Source of the DNA: Occultella glacieicola
GTDB lineage: Bacteria > Actinomycetota > Actinomycetes > Actinomycetales > Beutenbergiaceae
Reading direction: 5' to 3'
Assembly: GCF_004353825.1 (NCBI RefSeq)
Contig: NZ_SMNA01000019.1
Coordinates: forward strand, 1-41,916
Length of the DNA stretch: 41,916 bases
Shown: piece after piece, positions 1-12,040 of the stretch
How the letters are laid out: each line of letters begins with the position of its first letter
Position numbering within the stretch: the first letter of the stretch is position 1
Position numbers and translations under genes: made by a program
Notes under the pieces: model-generated
Told to the model about the DNA's origin: nothing
Seen by the model: only the letters and a program-made list of their open reading frames with translations
The model's database searches: none

Positions 1-2
1 GG

Positions 3-1103
3 GCCGCCAAGGCGGAGCGGCACGCCCGCGAGGTGGCCGCCCAGCGGGCCCGGCGCCGCGCCGAGCAGTCCCGGGTGGCCGCCGCCGTGCGGGCCGGCGC
101 CGGCCGCGCGCTGGAGCTGATCGAGTCCTCGCTCGCGCTCGCCCACACCCAACGCCAGGAAGCGGAGGACGCCCGCGCGCAGCGGGACGCCGAGCTGACC
201 ACGGTGCGGGCCGAGCTCGACGAGCTCTCCAAGCAGCACTCCGAGCTCACCGACGTGGTGCACCGCGACGAGGTCGCCCGCGCCCAGCAGAAGCTCCGGA
301 TCGAGCAGTACGAACAGCGTGCCGTCGACGAGCTCGGCCTGGACCCGCAGGTCCTGATCGCCGAGTACGGACCGGACCAACTGGTGCCGGCGGTGCCCGC
401 ACCGGGAACCCCGCAGGACGAGATCCCCGAGCCCCGGCCGTACGTGCGCGCCGAGCAGGAGAAGCGGCTGCGGGCGGCCGAGCGGGCGTTGTCGCTGCTC
501 GGGCGGGTGAACCCGCTGGCCCTCGAGGAGCATGCCGCGCTCGAGGAGCGGCACCGGTTCCTCACCGAGCAGCTGAACGACCTGAAGAAGTCCCGCGCCG
601 ATCTCCTGGAGATCGTCAAGGAGATCGACGAACGCGTCGAGCGGGTGTTCACCGACGCCTACACCGACACGGCCGCGCAGTTCGAGGGGGTCTTCGCCCG
701 GCTGTTCCCGGGTGGCGAGGGCCGGCTCGTCCTGACCGACCCCGACAACATGCTCACCACCGGCATCGAGGTGGAGGCGCGCCCACCCGGGAAGAAGGTC
801 AAGCGGCTGTCCCTGCTCTCCGGCGGCGAGCGCTCCCTGACCGCCGTGGCGCTCCTGGTCGCGATCTTCAAGGCCCGGCCCAGCCCGTTCTATGTCATGG
901 ACGAGGTGGAGGCCGCGCTCGACGACGTGAACCTGGGCCGGCTGCTCGACATCTTCCGAGAACTGCAGGAGGACTCCCAGTTGATCGTGGTCACCCACCA
1001 GAAACGCACCATGGAGATCGCGGACGCCCTGTACGGGGTCACGATGCGCGGCGACGGCGTCACCACCCTGATCAGTCAGCGGCTGCACGAGAACGTCGGG
1101 TGA
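3..1103 (+). CDS. smc: Chromosome segregation protein SMC, C-terminal part (5' end outside window)
   Basis: Coiled coil followed by LGRVNPLA, signature [10 protein letters not shown], Walker B/D-loop [12 protein letters not shown] and VTHQK; frame is open from the window start. Confidence 0.97.
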   Translation, partial: AAKAERHAREVAAQRARRRAEQSRVAAAVRAGAGRALELIESSLALAHTQRQEAEDARAQRDAELTTVRAELDELSKQHSELTDVVHRDEVARAQQKLRIEQYEQRAVDELGLDPQVLIAEYGPDQLVPAVPAPGTPQDEIPEPRPYVRAEQEKRLRAAERALSLLGRVNPLALEEHAALEERHRFLTEQLNDLKKSRADLLEIVKEIDERVERVFTDAYTDTAAQFEGVFARLFPGGEGRLVLTDPDNMLTTGIEVEARPPGKKVKRLSLLSGGERSLTAVALLVAIFKARPSPFYVMDEVEAALDDVNLGRLLDIFRELQEDSQLIVVTHQKRTMEIADALYGVTMRGDGVTTLISQRLHENVG

Positions 1104-1198
1104 ACGCTGCACCACGTGTGAGCGACATCATGATCACGATCGGGTGACGGCTCGGCGGGTCCGGCGCGGCGGACCGCCGCGCTGGTGATACTTGGGGC

Positions 1199-1498
1199 GT
1201 GATTGATGCACTGCTCGTGGTCGCCGTCGGCGTGTTGCTCGCCGTCGTGGTGGTGGTCGTCCTCGTGCGCCGGCACGTCCCGGCCGAGGGCATGCGGACC
1301 TGGCTGGGCGAGTCGCTGCGGTCCGTGCGCGAGCGGCAGGACCCTGCGGCCCAGGCCGATCTCCTGGAGCGTGCCGCGGCCGGCGCCCAACGTCCCCTCA
1401 GCGTCTCCGACATCCTCGACCTCGCCGAGGAAGGGCCCGCCTATCACACGCCGGTCGACCTGCGTGAGGTCATGGAGCGGGCCCGGCCCGGCCGCTGA
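1199..1498 (+). CDS. Small membrane-anchored hypothetical protein
   Basis: N-terminal hydrophobic helix followed by RR; fills the smc-ftsY gap; GATACT -10-like hexamer 6 nt before the GTG. Confidence 0.65.
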   Translation: MIDALLVVAVGVLLAVVVVVVLVRRHVPAEGMRTWLGESLRSVRERQDPAAQADLLERAAAGAQRPLSVSDILDLAEEGPAYHTPVDLREVMERARPGR

Positions 1499-1555
1499 TC
1501 CCCGGTTCCCGCCGGGAAGTGGCTGTGCACCGGCGGTGTGGGCCACACTGAGTCC

Positions 1556-2770
1556 GTGCTCGAAGACATCTGGATCTATCTCGTCCTGGCCGTCGTGGTC
1601 ATCGGCGGCGGCGCCGTCGCCCTGTTCGCCGGGCGCGGTCGCAAGCCGCGCGACCTACCGCCCGGGTCGGGCGACAGCGGCGGTGCCAGGTCCGGGACCG
1701 CCACGCTCGACACCGGCACCGACACTGCTGCGGGGCCGGTAGCCCCGCCCGAGGCGGACACCGACACGACGGCGCCACCCCCCGCCGTCGAGCAGGAGTC
1801 CGACGCCCCGCAGGCCGCGGCGCTCGAGCGGCCGGAACCGGCGGCCGGCCGGATGGTCCGGCTCAGGGAGCGGCTGGCCCGCTCCGGGGCCCTCGGGTCG
1901 ACCCTGCTCAGGTTGCTGTCCCGCGGGGACATCTCCGAGGCCGACTGGGAGGAGATCGAGGAGACCCTGCTCCTCGCCGACATCGGCGCCGGACCCACCG
2001 ACGAGTTGATGACGGCGCTGCGCACCCGGGTCAAGGTCCTCGGCACGACGGACCCGGAGCAGGTCCGCGACATCCTCCGCGAGGAACTCCTGACCCTGGT
2101 GGACCCGGACATGGACCGCCGGCTGGCCGCGAGCCCCGTCGTCGGGGACGACGGTGAACCGCACCCCGCTACGATCCTGATGGTCGGCGTCAACGGGACC
2201 GGGAAGACCACCACCGTCGGCAAGCTCGCTCGGCTCCTGGTCGCCGAGGACCGGGACGTGCTCCTCGGTGCCGCGGACACGTTCCGGGCCGCCGCCGCGG
2301 ACCAGCTCGCCACTTGGGGCGAACGCGTCGGGGTGCCCGTGGTCCGTTCGGACCGGGACGGCGCCGACCCGGCCGCGGTGGCCTTCGACGCCGTCAAGGC
2401 CGGCCGCGAGGCCGGCGTGGACGTGGTCCTGGTGGACACCGCCGGCCGCCTGCAGAACAAGGCCGGCCTGATGGACGAGCTCGGCAAGATCAAGCGGGTC
2501 GTGGCCCGGCAGGCGCCGGTCTCGGAGGTGCTGCTCGTCCTCGATGCGACCACCGGGCAGAACGGCATGCGGCAGGCCCAGGTCTTCGCCGAGGTCGTCG
2601 ATGTCACGGGGATCGTGCTGACCAAGCTCGACGGCACGGCCAAGGGCGGCATCGTGGTCGCGGTCCAGCGTGAGCTCGGGGTGCCGGTGAAGTTCGTCGG
2701 TCTCGGCGAGGGTCCGGACGACCTGGCCCCGTTCGACCCGAAGGGCTTCGTCGACGCGCTGGTCTCCTGA
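1556..2770 (+). CDS. ftsY: Signal recognition particle receptor FtsY with N-terminal TM anchor
   Basis: GVNGTGKTTT, DTFRAAA, DTAGRL and TKLDGTAKGG SRP-GTPase motifs; GTG at 1556 preferred over 1538. Confidence 0.97.
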   Translation: MLEDIWIYLVLAVVVIGGGAVALFAGRGRKPRDLPPGSGDSGGARSGTATLDTGTDTAAGPVAPPEADTDTTAPPPAVEQESDAPQAAALERPEPAAGRMVRLRERLARSGALGSTLLRLLSRGDISEADWEEIEETLLLADIGAGPTDELMTALRTRVKVLGTTDPEQVRDILREELLTLVDPDMDRRLAASPVVGDDGEPHPATILMVGVNGTGKTTTVGKLARLLVAEDRDVLLGAADTFRAAAADQLATWGERVGVPVVRSDRDGADPAAVAFDAVKAGREAGVDVVLVDTAGRLQNKAGLMDELGKIKRVVARQAPVSEVLLVLDATTGQNGMRQAQVFAEVVDVTGIVLTKLDGTAKGGIVVAVQRELGVPVKFVGLGEGPDDLAPFDPKGFVDALVS

Positions 2771-2820
2771 CCCTCTCGCGCTCTGCTCCGACGTCCCAGG
2801 ATTCGAGACCAGCATCTCGT

Positions 2821-2867
2821 GAAACCTGACGTTCACACCGAACGGGAATCTGTCACACCCCCGTAAC
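2821..2867 (+). promoter_or_regulatory. Putative GlnR binding boxes upstream of amtB
   Basis: GTCAC-n6-GTAAC (2852-2867) and GAAAC-n6-TTCAC (2821-2836) resemble the actinobacterial GlnR gTnAc-n6-GaAAc motif; amtB-glnK-glnD is a known GlnR target. Confidence 0.7.
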
Positions 2868-2951
2868 ACGGGTGGTGGGGCGGTGAAACGACGCTCCACG
2901 AGTCTTCTCCACAGACCGGCCGCCCGAGCCGGTGTGTGGAGAGGCGAGCGA

Positions 2952-4537
<1,586 letters not shown>

Positions 4538-4540
4538 GCG

Positions 4541-6319
4541 ATGACCGCCTCACCTTCCAGGCACCAGGAGGCCCCGCAGTCATTGCTGCGGGGCCTCCGC
4601 CAGGCCCGCCTGGCGCACCCCACCAGTCCGGCGGGCGCCCGGTACCGGTCCGCGCTCGCCGCCCTGGTGGACGGCGCGCTGACCGACCTCTGGCACGACG
4701 CCGCCGCGCGGTCCGGCGTGGACGTGGGCACCGGCATCGCGTTGAGCGCCGTCGGCTCCCACGGGCGCCGAGATGCCGGACCCACCAGCGACCTCGACCT
4801 GATGCTCGTCCACGACGGGCAGACCCACACGCCCGAGCAGGTCGCGGCCCTCGCCGAGGCGCTCTGGTACCCGATCTGGGACTCCGGGCTGGACCTCGAC
4901 CACTCGGTACGGAGCCTGGCCCAATGCCGACACGTCGCGTCCGCGGACCTGCCGGCCGCCGTCGGCCTCCTCGACGTGCGCTGCCTCGCCGGTGACGCCG
5001 GAGTCCTGCACCGGGCCAGGTCGGCGGTCCTCGCGGACTGGCGCTCGGCGGCCCGGCGCCGGCTGCCCGAACTGCTGAACTCGACCCGCGCGCGAGCCGA
5101 GCGGCACGGTGAGCTCGCGTACCTGATCGAGCCGGACCTGAAGGAGGCCCGCGGCGGGATCCGCGACGCCGTGGTGACCTGGGCGCTCGCCGCCACCTGG
5201 CTGACCGACCGGCCGCACGGGGACGTCGACGCCGCCTACGAGCACCTGCTCGACGTGCGCGACGCGCTCGCTTCCGTGACCGCAAGGCACACCAACAGGC
5301 TGCTGCGGGTGCATCAGCCGGACGTGGCCGCGCGCCTGGGGTACGGCGATCCCGACGAGCTGCTGGCCGGGATCGCGCAGTCGGCCCGGGTGGTCGCCTA
5401 CTCCCTGGACACCACGGTGCGGCACGCCAAGCAGGCGTTGCGGCGCCCTTCGTTGCGGCTGCGCCCGGCCCTCGTCCGGGGCCGGCGGATGCCACCCCGC
5501 CTGCGCACAGTTGCGGACAACCTGGTCGAGCACGACGGCGAACTCGTCCTCGGGATCGGCGCCCGCCCCGAGGCGGACCCCGAGCTCGCGCTGCGGGCCG
5601 CGGCGACGGCGGCTCGCAGCCGGCTGCCGCTGTCACCGGTGACGGTCGCGTCGCTGCAGCGGACGACGTCCCTGCCCACGCCGTGGCCGGCGACGGCCAC
5701 CGAGCACCTGCTCGCGCTCCTGCGCAGCGGCGACGCGCAGATCCCGATCTGGGAGGTCCTCGACCTGGCCGGCCTGGTCACGCGCTGGTTCCCCGAGTGG
5801 GCCGCCGTGCGGAACCGGCCGCAGCGCAGCCCGGTGCACATCTACACCGTCGACCGGCACCTGGTGCAGACGGTCGCGAACGTGCACGCCGTCACCCGCC
5901 GGGGCGAGCTGGTCAGCACCGAACCCGCCGAACCTGCCGAACGGGACACCGTGCTCTGGGCGGCCCTGTTCCACGACATCGGAAAGGTCGCGGGGGCGGG
6001 CGATCACGCCGCGGTGGGGGAGCGACTCGTCGGCCCGATCCTCGAACGGCTCGGCCTGGCCGAACAGACCCGCCACGACGTGCGCCTGCTGGTGCGCCAC
6101 CACCTTGTCCTCGCCGAGACCGCCACCAGTGCGGACCTGGACGACCCGGCCGTCGCCGCCCGCGTGGCCGCGACGATGGAGGACCGCCCGGCGATGGTCG
6201 CCCTGCTGCGGGTGCTCACCGAGGCGGACGCCCGAGCCGCGGGCCCGAAGGCCTGGACGGCGTGGCGTGCGCGGCTGGTGGACACCCTGACGGCGCGGGT
6301 GCTGGCCCACCTGGGCTGA
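4541..6319 (+). CDS. glnD: [Protein-PII] nucleotidyltransferase GlnD, short form
   Basis: [13 protein letters not shown] NTase motif, [21 protein letters not shown] and HD motif LFHDIGK; lies downstream of glnK. Confidence 0.92.
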   Translation: MTASPSRHQEAPQSLLRGLRQARLAHPTSPAGARYRSALAALVDGALTDLWHDAAARSGVDVGTGIALSAVGSHGRRDAGPTSDLDLMLVHDGQTHTPEQVAALAEALWYPIWDSGLDLDHSVRSLAQCRHVASADLPAAVGLLDVRCLAGDAGVLHRARSAVLADWRSAARRRLPELLNSTRARAERHGELAYLIEPDLKEARGGIRDAVVTWALAATWLTDRPHGDVDAAYEHLLDVRDALASVTARHTNRLLRVHQPDVAARLGYGDPDELLAGIAQSARVVAYSLDTTVRHAKQALRRPSLRLRPALVRGRRMPPRLRTVADNLVEHDGELVLGIGARPEADPELALRAAATAARSRLPLSPVTVASLQRTTSLPTPWPATATEHLLALLRSGDAQIPIWEVLDLAGLVTRWFPEWAAVRNRPQRSPVHIYTVDRHLVQTVANVHAVTRRGELVSTEPAEPAERDTVLWAALFHDIGKVAGAGDHAAVGERLVGPILERLGLAEQTRHDVRLLVRHHLVLAETATSADLDDPAVAARVAATMEDRPAMVALLRVLTEADARAAGPKAWTAWRARLVDTLTARVLAHLG

Positions 6320-6379
6320 GGGCTGGCCCCGGGCGGATATCCTGGAAGGCAGTCCCGCCCACTCGCTTAAGGAATCCGC

Positions 6380-7978
6380 GTGTTCGCCAGCCTCTCCGAT
6401 CGGCTCTCCGCCACCTTCAAGTCGCTACGTGGCAAGGGGCGGCTCTCCGAAGCGGACATCGAGACCACGGTCTCCCAGATCCGCCGGGCCCTACTCGATG
6501 CCGACGTCGCGGTCCCGGCCGTGCGCGCATTCACGTCCGCCGTGCGTGAACGGGCGAGCTCGGCCGAGGTCTCGCAGGCGCTGAACCCCGCGCAGCAGAT
6601 CGTCAAGATCGTCAATGAGCAGCTCATCGAGATCCTCGGCGGGGAGAGCCGCGAGGTGCGGTTCGCCAAGCACCCGCCGACCGTGATCATGCTGGCCGGT
6701 CTGCAGGGTGCCGGTAAGACGACGCTCGCCGGAAAGCTCGGGAAGTGGCTGAAGGAGGAGGGCCACACGCCGCTGCTGGTGGCCTCGGACCTGCAGCGCC
6801 CGAACGCCGTCACCCAGCTCCAGGTGGTCGGTGGCCAGGCCGGCGTGCCGGTCTGGGCGCCCGAGCCGGGCAACGGGGTCGGCAACCCGATCGAGGTTGC
6901 CCGCACCGGGGTGGCACACGCCCGGGAGAAGTACTACGACGTCGTCGTCGTCGACACCGCCGGACGTCTCGGCGTCGACGCCGAGCTGATGCAGCAGGCC
7001 GCGGACATCCGCGACGCGGTGAACCCGGACGAGATCCTGTTCGTGGTCGACGCCATGATCGGTCAGGACGCGGTCACCACCGCCCAGGCGTTCGCGGACG
7101 GCGTCGGGTTCACCGGGGTGGTGCTCTCCAAGCTGGACGGGGACGCCCGTGGTGGTGCGGCGCTGTCCATCCGGACCGTCACCGGTAAGCCCGTCCTGTT
7201 CGCCTCGACCGGTGAGAAGCTCACCGACTTCGAGCGGTTCCACCCGGACCGGATGGCTTCGCGCATCCTGGACATGGGTGACGTGCTGACCCTCATCGAG
7301 CAGGCCGAGAAGGCCTTCGACGAGGACCAGGCGCAGGAGATGGCGAACAAGATCGCCGGCGACGGCGACTTCACGCTGCAGGACTTCCTCGGCTACATGC
7401 AGCAGATGAAGCAGCTCGGCTCGATGAAGAAGATGCTCGGCATGCTGCCGGGCATGGGCCAGATGCGCGAGCAGCTGGAGAACTTCGACGAGCGTGAGGT
7501 CGTCCGGGTCGAGGCCATGGTGCAGTCGATGACACCGGGTGAGCGTCAGAACCCGAAGATCATCAACGGCTCCCGCCGGTCCCGGATCGCGAAGGGGTCC
7601 GGTTCCACCGTGAGCGAGATCAACGGGCTCCTGGACCGCTTCGAGCAGGCCAAGACGATGATGCGCTCGATGGCCCGGGGCGGGATGAAAGGTGGCATGC
7701 CAGGCGCGATGGGCGGGTTGCCCGGCATGGGCGGCATGCCCGGCGGTGGGAAGAAGTCCCGTGGCCGGATGGCCCCGCCGCCCAAGCGCGGCAAGAAGGG
7801 CAAGTCCGGGAACCCGGCCAAGCGGGCCCAGCAGGAGCGGGAGGCCGCCGAACGCGCGGCCGCCGGCCCGAAGGCGCCGGCCGGTTCGGCGTTCGGCATG
7901 GGTTCGGCCGACCCGGCCTCCGTCGACCCGTCGGCGCTGGAACTGCCGAAGGGCTTCGAGAAGTTCCTCGGCCGCTGA
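6380..7978 (+). CDS. ffh: Signal recognition particle protein Ffh
   Basis: GLQGAGKTT, DTAGR, KLDGDARGG and a Met-rich M domain. Confidence 0.98.
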   Translation: MFASLSDRLSATFKSLRGKGRLSEADIETTVSQIRRALLDADVAVPAVRAFTSAVRERASSAEVSQALNPAQQIVKIVNEQLIEILGGESREVRFAKHPPTVIMLAGLQGAGKTTLAGKLGKWLKEEGHTPLLVASDLQRPNAVTQLQVVGGQAGVPVWAPEPGNGVGNPIEVARTGVAHAREKYYDVVVVDTAGRLGVDAELMQQAADIRDAVNPDEILFVVDAMIGQDAVTTAQAFADGVGFTGVVLSKLDGDARGGAALSIRTVTGKPVLFASTGEKLTDFERFHPDRMASRILDMGDVLTLIEQAEKAFDEDQAQEMANKIAGDGDFTLQDFLGYMQQMKQLGSMKKMLGMLPGMGQMREQLENFDEREVVRVEAMVQSMTPGERQNPKIINGSRRSRIAKGSGSTVSEINGLLDRFEQAKTMMRSMARGGMKGGMPGAMGGLPGMGGMPGGGKKSRGRMAPPPKRGKKGKSGNPAKRAQQEREAAERAAAGPKAPAGSAFGMGSADPASVDPSALELPKGFEKFLGR

Positions 7979-7991
7979 TGCCGCGGCCGGC

Positions 7992-9128
7992 ATGAGCTCC
8001 TCCGGCGACCCGATCGCCCTGGTCGGCACGATCGTCGCCGACAGTGAGCGCGAGCACCGGCGCGCCTGGGTGCGCGAGGGGCGCCTCACGCTCACCGAGC
8101 CCGGTTCGAGCCCGACGGCGGAGGTCACCGTCTCCGGGTGGGTGCTACCAGGTCTCGTGGACCTCCACTGCCACCTCGGCCTCGGCCCGGACGGCGGGGT
8201 CGACGAGGCCACCACCCTGGCCCAGGCCGCGACCGACCTGGCCGCCGGCACCCTGCTCGTCCGGGACGCCGGGTCGCCGATCGACAACCGCTGGCTCCAG
8301 CGCGGGCCCGGGTCAGCTCCGGGCCCTCGCCTCGACGCCCCGGAACTGGTCCGGGCCGGGCACCACCTGGCCCGACCGAAACGCTATCTGCGGTACTACG
8401 CCAGTGAGCTCGACGACGTCGCCGACCTGCCCGCCGCGATGGCCGAACAAGCCGCCTTCGGGGACGGCTGGGTCAAGATCGTGGGGGACTGGATCGACAG
8501 GGCCCGCGGCGCCGACAGCGACCTCGAGCCGCTCTGGCCGGCGGACCTGATTGCCGCGGGCATCGCCGCCGCCCACGACGCCGGGGCGCGGGTCACCGTG
8601 CACACGTTCGCGACCGAGACGATCGACCCGGTGCTGGACGCCGGAGTGGACTGCCTCGAGCACGGCACGGGCATGACCGGGGCCCAGATCGAGCGCGCCG
8701 CGGCAGCGGGTGTCGCGGTGGTGCCCACGCTGCTGCAGATCGACCGGTTCGAGGCGATCGCGGCGCAGGGCGCGGCGAAGTACCCCCGCTACGCGGCCCG
8801 GATGCGCGCCATGTACGCCCGGCGGTACGCGCAGGTCCGGGACCTCCATGACGCCGGGGTGCGGTTGTTCCTCGGCACCGACGCCGGCGGCACGATCGCC
8901 CACGGACGGATCGCCGACGAGGCCGCCGAACTGGTCCGGGCCGGACTGCCGGCGACCGACGTCGTGGCCGCCGCGAGCTGGCTCGCCCGTGACTACCTCG
9001 GGCGCCCCGGCATCGCTGAGGGTGCGCCCGCGGACCTGGTCGTCTACCCGGCGGACCCCCGCGAGGACATCGCCGTCCTCGCCCACCCCAGCGCCGTCAT
9101 CCGGGCCGGGCACCTCCTCCCGCGCTGA
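7992..9128 (+). CDS. Amidohydrolase superfamily protein
   Basis: PGLVDLHCH metal-binding motif, EHGTG, LGTDAGG and GAPADLVV; ATG 7992 just after the ffh stop. Confidence 0.9.
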   Translation: MSSSGDPIALVGTIVADSEREHRRAWVREGRLTLTEPGSSPTAEVTVSGWVLPGLVDLHCHLGLGPDGGVDEATTLAQAATDLAAGTLLVRDAGSPIDNRWLQRGPGSAPGPRLDAPELVRAGHHLARPKRYLRYYASELDDVADLPAAMAEQAAFGDGWVKIVGDWIDRARGADSDLEPLWPADLIAAGIAAAHDAGARVTVHTFATETIDPVLDAGVDCLEHGTGMTGAQIERAAAAGVAVVPTLLQIDRFEAIAAQGAAKYPRYAARMRAMYARRYAQVRDLHDAGVRLFLGTDAGGTIAHGRIADEAAELVRAGLPATDVVAAASWLARDYLGRPGIAEGAPADLVVYPADPREDIAVLAHPSAVIRAGHLLPR

Positions 9129-9156
9129 CCCCGGTTGCTCGCCCTAACCTGTCCTC

Positions 9157-9993
9157 ATGGGCCAGGTGCGGGTGGGCATCTCAGGTTGGCGATACCGGCC
9201 GTGGCGCGGAACGTTCTATCCGCCCGGCCTCGCGCAACGCCGCGAACTCGGCTACGCGGCCGAGCGGGTGACGTCGATCGAGATCAACGGAACGTTCTAC
9301 GCGCTGCAGCGGCCGGCCAGCTTTCGCGCGTGGCGGGCGGACGTCGGCGACGACTTCGTGTTCGCGGTCAAGGGCGGCCGCTACATCACGCACCTCAAGC
9401 GCTTGGCCGACGCCCGGACGGCGCTCGCGAACTTCTTCGCCTCGGGCGTGCTCGCCCTCGGTCCCACCCTCGGACCGATCCTCTGGCAGTTGCCCCCGAA
9501 CCTCGCGTTCGACGCCTCGCGGATCTCGGAGTTCTGTGCGGCACTGCCCCGCACGAGCACGGAGGCCTCGACCCTGGCGGCGGAGCACGACGACAAGCTC
9601 AAGGCGGAGGCGTGGACCGAGGTCGAGTCCGACCGGCCCCTGCGCCATGCCATCGAGGCACGCCACCCCTCGTTCGCGGATCCCGAGTTCGCGCGCATCC
9701 TCACCGAGACAGGGGTCGCGTCCGTGGTGTCCGACGGGGGGTCGGCCTGGCCCGCGTTCGAGTTCGTGACCACGGATCTGGTGTACGTGCGCCTGCACGG
9801 CGCCGACGAACTGTATGCGAGCGGCTACGACCCCACCGCGATCGACGCGTGGGCCGCCAAGGTCGCCGGGTGGGCGCAGACCGCGGATGTGCTCGTCTAC
9901 TTCGACAACGACGCCAAGGTGCGCGCGCCCTACGACGCGCAGGCGCTGCTCGCGCGCCTTCGCGAGGACCACGGCCCGCCCGGCCTCGGGTAG
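9157..9993 (+). CDS. DUF72 (YecE-like) protein
   Basis: VGISGW, EINGTFY, LWQLPP, EARHPS, YVRLHG and YFDND motifs; TAACCT 6 nt upstream suggests a leaderless start. Confidence 0.9.
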   Translation: MGQVRVGISGWRYRPWRGTFYPPGLAQRRELGYAAERVTSIEINGTFYALQRPASFRAWRADVGDDFVFAVKGGRYITHLKRLADARTALANFFASGVLALGPTLGPILWQLPPNLAFDASRISEFCAALPRTSTEASTLAAEHDDKLKAEAWTEVESDRPLRHAIEARHPSFADPEFARILTETGVASVVSDGGSAWPAFEFVTTDLVYVRLHGADELYASGYDPTAIDAWAAKVAGWAQTADVLVYFDNDAKVRAPYDAQALLARLREDHGPPGLG

Positions 9994-10024
9994 CACCTCG
10001 CGGCGGGTCATCTCCGCATCACGA

Positions 10025-10076
10025 TTGACACCCCTTCGGTTCTGTGGTTCATTAGTCGAGTAACGAACCAATGAAC
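10025..10076 (+). promoter_or_regulatory. Promoter with putative YtrA/GntR operator
   Basis: TTGACA at 10025-10030; inverted repeat TGGTTCATTA-n6-TAACGAACCA at 10045-10070 immediately upstream of the GntR gene. Confidence 0.7.
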
Positions 10077-10086
10077 GGAGGTCGTC

Positions 10087-10494
10087 GTGTTCGACGGTCG
10101 TGAACCGATCTACATCCAGATCGCGGATCAGATCCGCGGCGACATCCTCGCGGGCAACCTCGCGGAGGGGGAGCAGGTGATGTCCACGACCCAGTACGCG
10201 ACGACGTTCCGGATCAACCCGGCCACCGCGGCCAAGGCCTTCGCCCAGCTCGTGGACGAGGGCGTTCTCTACAAGCAACGAGGAGTCGGCATGTTCGTCG
10301 CCGAAGGGGCACCCGCCCGGCTGCGGTCCGATCGGCGGGAGACGTTCCTGGCCGAGCGGCTCGAGCCGGTCCTCGCCGAGGCCCGCGTCCTGGGCATCGG
10401 CTCGGCGGACCTGATCCGCTGGATCGAGCGCGCGGGCGACGACCCCGAACAGACCACCACCGAAGACACGACCACCGAAGGAGAACAGCGATGA
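10087..10494 (+). CDS. GntR-family (YtrA subfamily) transcriptional regulator
   Basis: PIYIQIADQI, INPATAAKAF and KQRGVGMFV; short C-terminus; heads an ABC operon. Confidence 0.93.
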   Translation: MFDGREPIYIQIADQIRGDILAGNLAEGEQVMSTTQYATTFRINPATAAKAFAQLVDEGVLYKQRGVGMFVAEGAPARLRSDRRETFLAERLEPVLAEARVLGIGSADLIRWIERAGDDPEQTTTEDTTTEGEQR

Positions 10495-11369
10495 GCGGCT
10501 ACGCCGTCTCCGTCCGCGACCTGACCGTACGGTACGGCCGGACCACCGCCGTCGACCGGGTGTCGTTCGACCTCGAGGCCGACGGCATCTACGGCCTGCT
10601 GGGCCGCAACGGGTCGGGTAAGACCAGCACCCTCTCGGTGCTCGCCTCGTTGCGTCGCGCCACTGCGGGCACCGTGCTCGTCGACGGTGCGGACCCGTTC
10701 GAGAACGAAGCGCTGATGGCTGGGATCGCTCTGATCCGGGAGAGCGGCGACGTCCTGGCGAACGCGAAGATCTCCGTGAACTTCGACTACTTCCGCCGCG
10801 TCCGGCCCGCCTGGGACCCGGACTTCGCGGAGGAACTCGTCGACGTCTTCGGGCTCAACCGGAAGAAGCCGATCAGTACGTTCTCGCGCGGGCAGAAGTC
10901 CGCGTTCGGTGCCGTGATCGGCCTCGCGAGCCGCGCGCCGTTGACCATGTTCGACGAGGTCTACCTCGGGATGGACGCCCCGTCGCGGTACCGGTTCTAC
11001 GACCTGCTCCTGGCCGACTACGCCGAGCACCCGCGCACGATCATCCTCTCCAGCCATCTGATCAGCGAGATCGAGCGGCTGTTCTCGGGGGTCGTCGTCA
11101 TCGACGAGGGCCGGCTGCTGCTGAGCGAGGACGTGGACGAGTTCCGCACCCGCGGCGCCACGTTCACCGGACCGGTGGCCGCGGTCGACGCGGTGACCGC
11201 CGGCCTGCGGGTGGTGGCGAGCCGGTCCCTCGGCCCCACCAAGGAGGTCACCGTGTACGGCGACCTCGACGAGACGACGCTGGCCGGTGCCCGGTCCGCC
11301 GACATCGCGATCGGCGGCGTCAGCGTCCAGGACCTGTTCGTGCACCTGACCGAGAAGGAGTCCCGATGA
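10491..11369 (+). CDS. ABC transporter ATP-binding protein (YtrB-like)
   Basis: Walker A GRNGSGKT, degenerate signature FSRGQ, Walker B MFDE and SSH switch. Confidence 0.93.
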   Translation: MSGYAVSVRDLTVRYGRTTAVDRVSFDLEADGIYGLLGRNGSGKTSTLSVLASLRRATAGTVLVDGADPFENEALMAGIALIRESGDVLANAKISVNFDYFRRVRPAWDPDFAEELVDVFGLNRKKPISTFSRGQKSAFGAVIGLASRAPLTMFDEVYLGMDAPSRYRFYDLLLADYAEHPRTIILSSHLISEIERLFSGVVVIDEGRLLLSEDVDEFRTRGATFTGPVAAVDAVTAGLRVVASRSLGPTKEVTVYGDLDETTLAGARSADIAIGGVSVQDLFVHLTEKESR

Positions 11370-12040
11370 CCACCGACGCTCCCCAGTGGGTCCGCGTGAC
11401 CCTCCGGATGACGAGGTCCGCGCTCATGTCGCTGGCCTGGTTCTGGGCCATCTGCCTGATCGCCGCCACCGTGGTCACGATCGTCCTGGCGTGGCGGCTC
11501 GGCGAACCGCCGTTCTCGATCATGTCCACGGTCCGCTACGGCGGGATCTGGTACCCCTTCAGCGTCGGGCTCATCCTGGTGACCGCCACCATCAACGTGC
11601 ACGTCGCGGCCGGCCAGACCCGCCGGTCGTTCGTCATCGGGTCACTGCTCAGCGGCGCCCTCGCCGGCCTGCTGAGCGGGGTCATCATGACGGTGCTGCT
11701 GCCTCTCGAGGCCGAGGTCTACCTCGCCCAGGGCTGGCCGCACCTGACCACGTCCGCCGCTGCGATCCCCGAACCCTGGGGCACCTCCCTGCTCCTGCAC
11801 TGCGCCATCTTCGTGACCGGGTCGGTGTCCGGGGTGCTCGTCGGCCTCACCTACTACCGCTGGTCGGCCTGGGCCACCCTGGCCCTGCCCCTGACCGTCC
11901 TGGCGCCCGTGATCGCCTCCGGTATGGACGGCCGGTCCCTCACGATCGCCGCCATCTGGGCGGCCTCCGCTGTCACCGCCGTGGCCGCGTACGTCCTTGC
12001 CCGCACCATTCCGATCCGCAAACCCCTGGAGATGTCATGA
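11366..12040 (+). CDS. ABC transporter permease (multi-TM)
   Basis: About six hydrophobic segments; ATGA-coupled between two ABC ATPase genes. Confidence 0.8.
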   Translation: MTTDAPQWVRVTLRMTRSALMSLAWFWAICLIAATVVTIVLAWRLGEPPFSIMSTVRYGGIWYPFSVGLILVTATINVHVAAGQTRRSFVIGSLLSGALAGLLSGVIMTVLLPLEAEVYLAQGWPHLTTSAAAIPEPWGTSLLLHCAIFVTGSVSGVLVGLTYYRWSAWATLALPLTVLAPVIASGMDGRSLTIAAIWAASAVTAVAAYVLARTIPIRKPLEMS

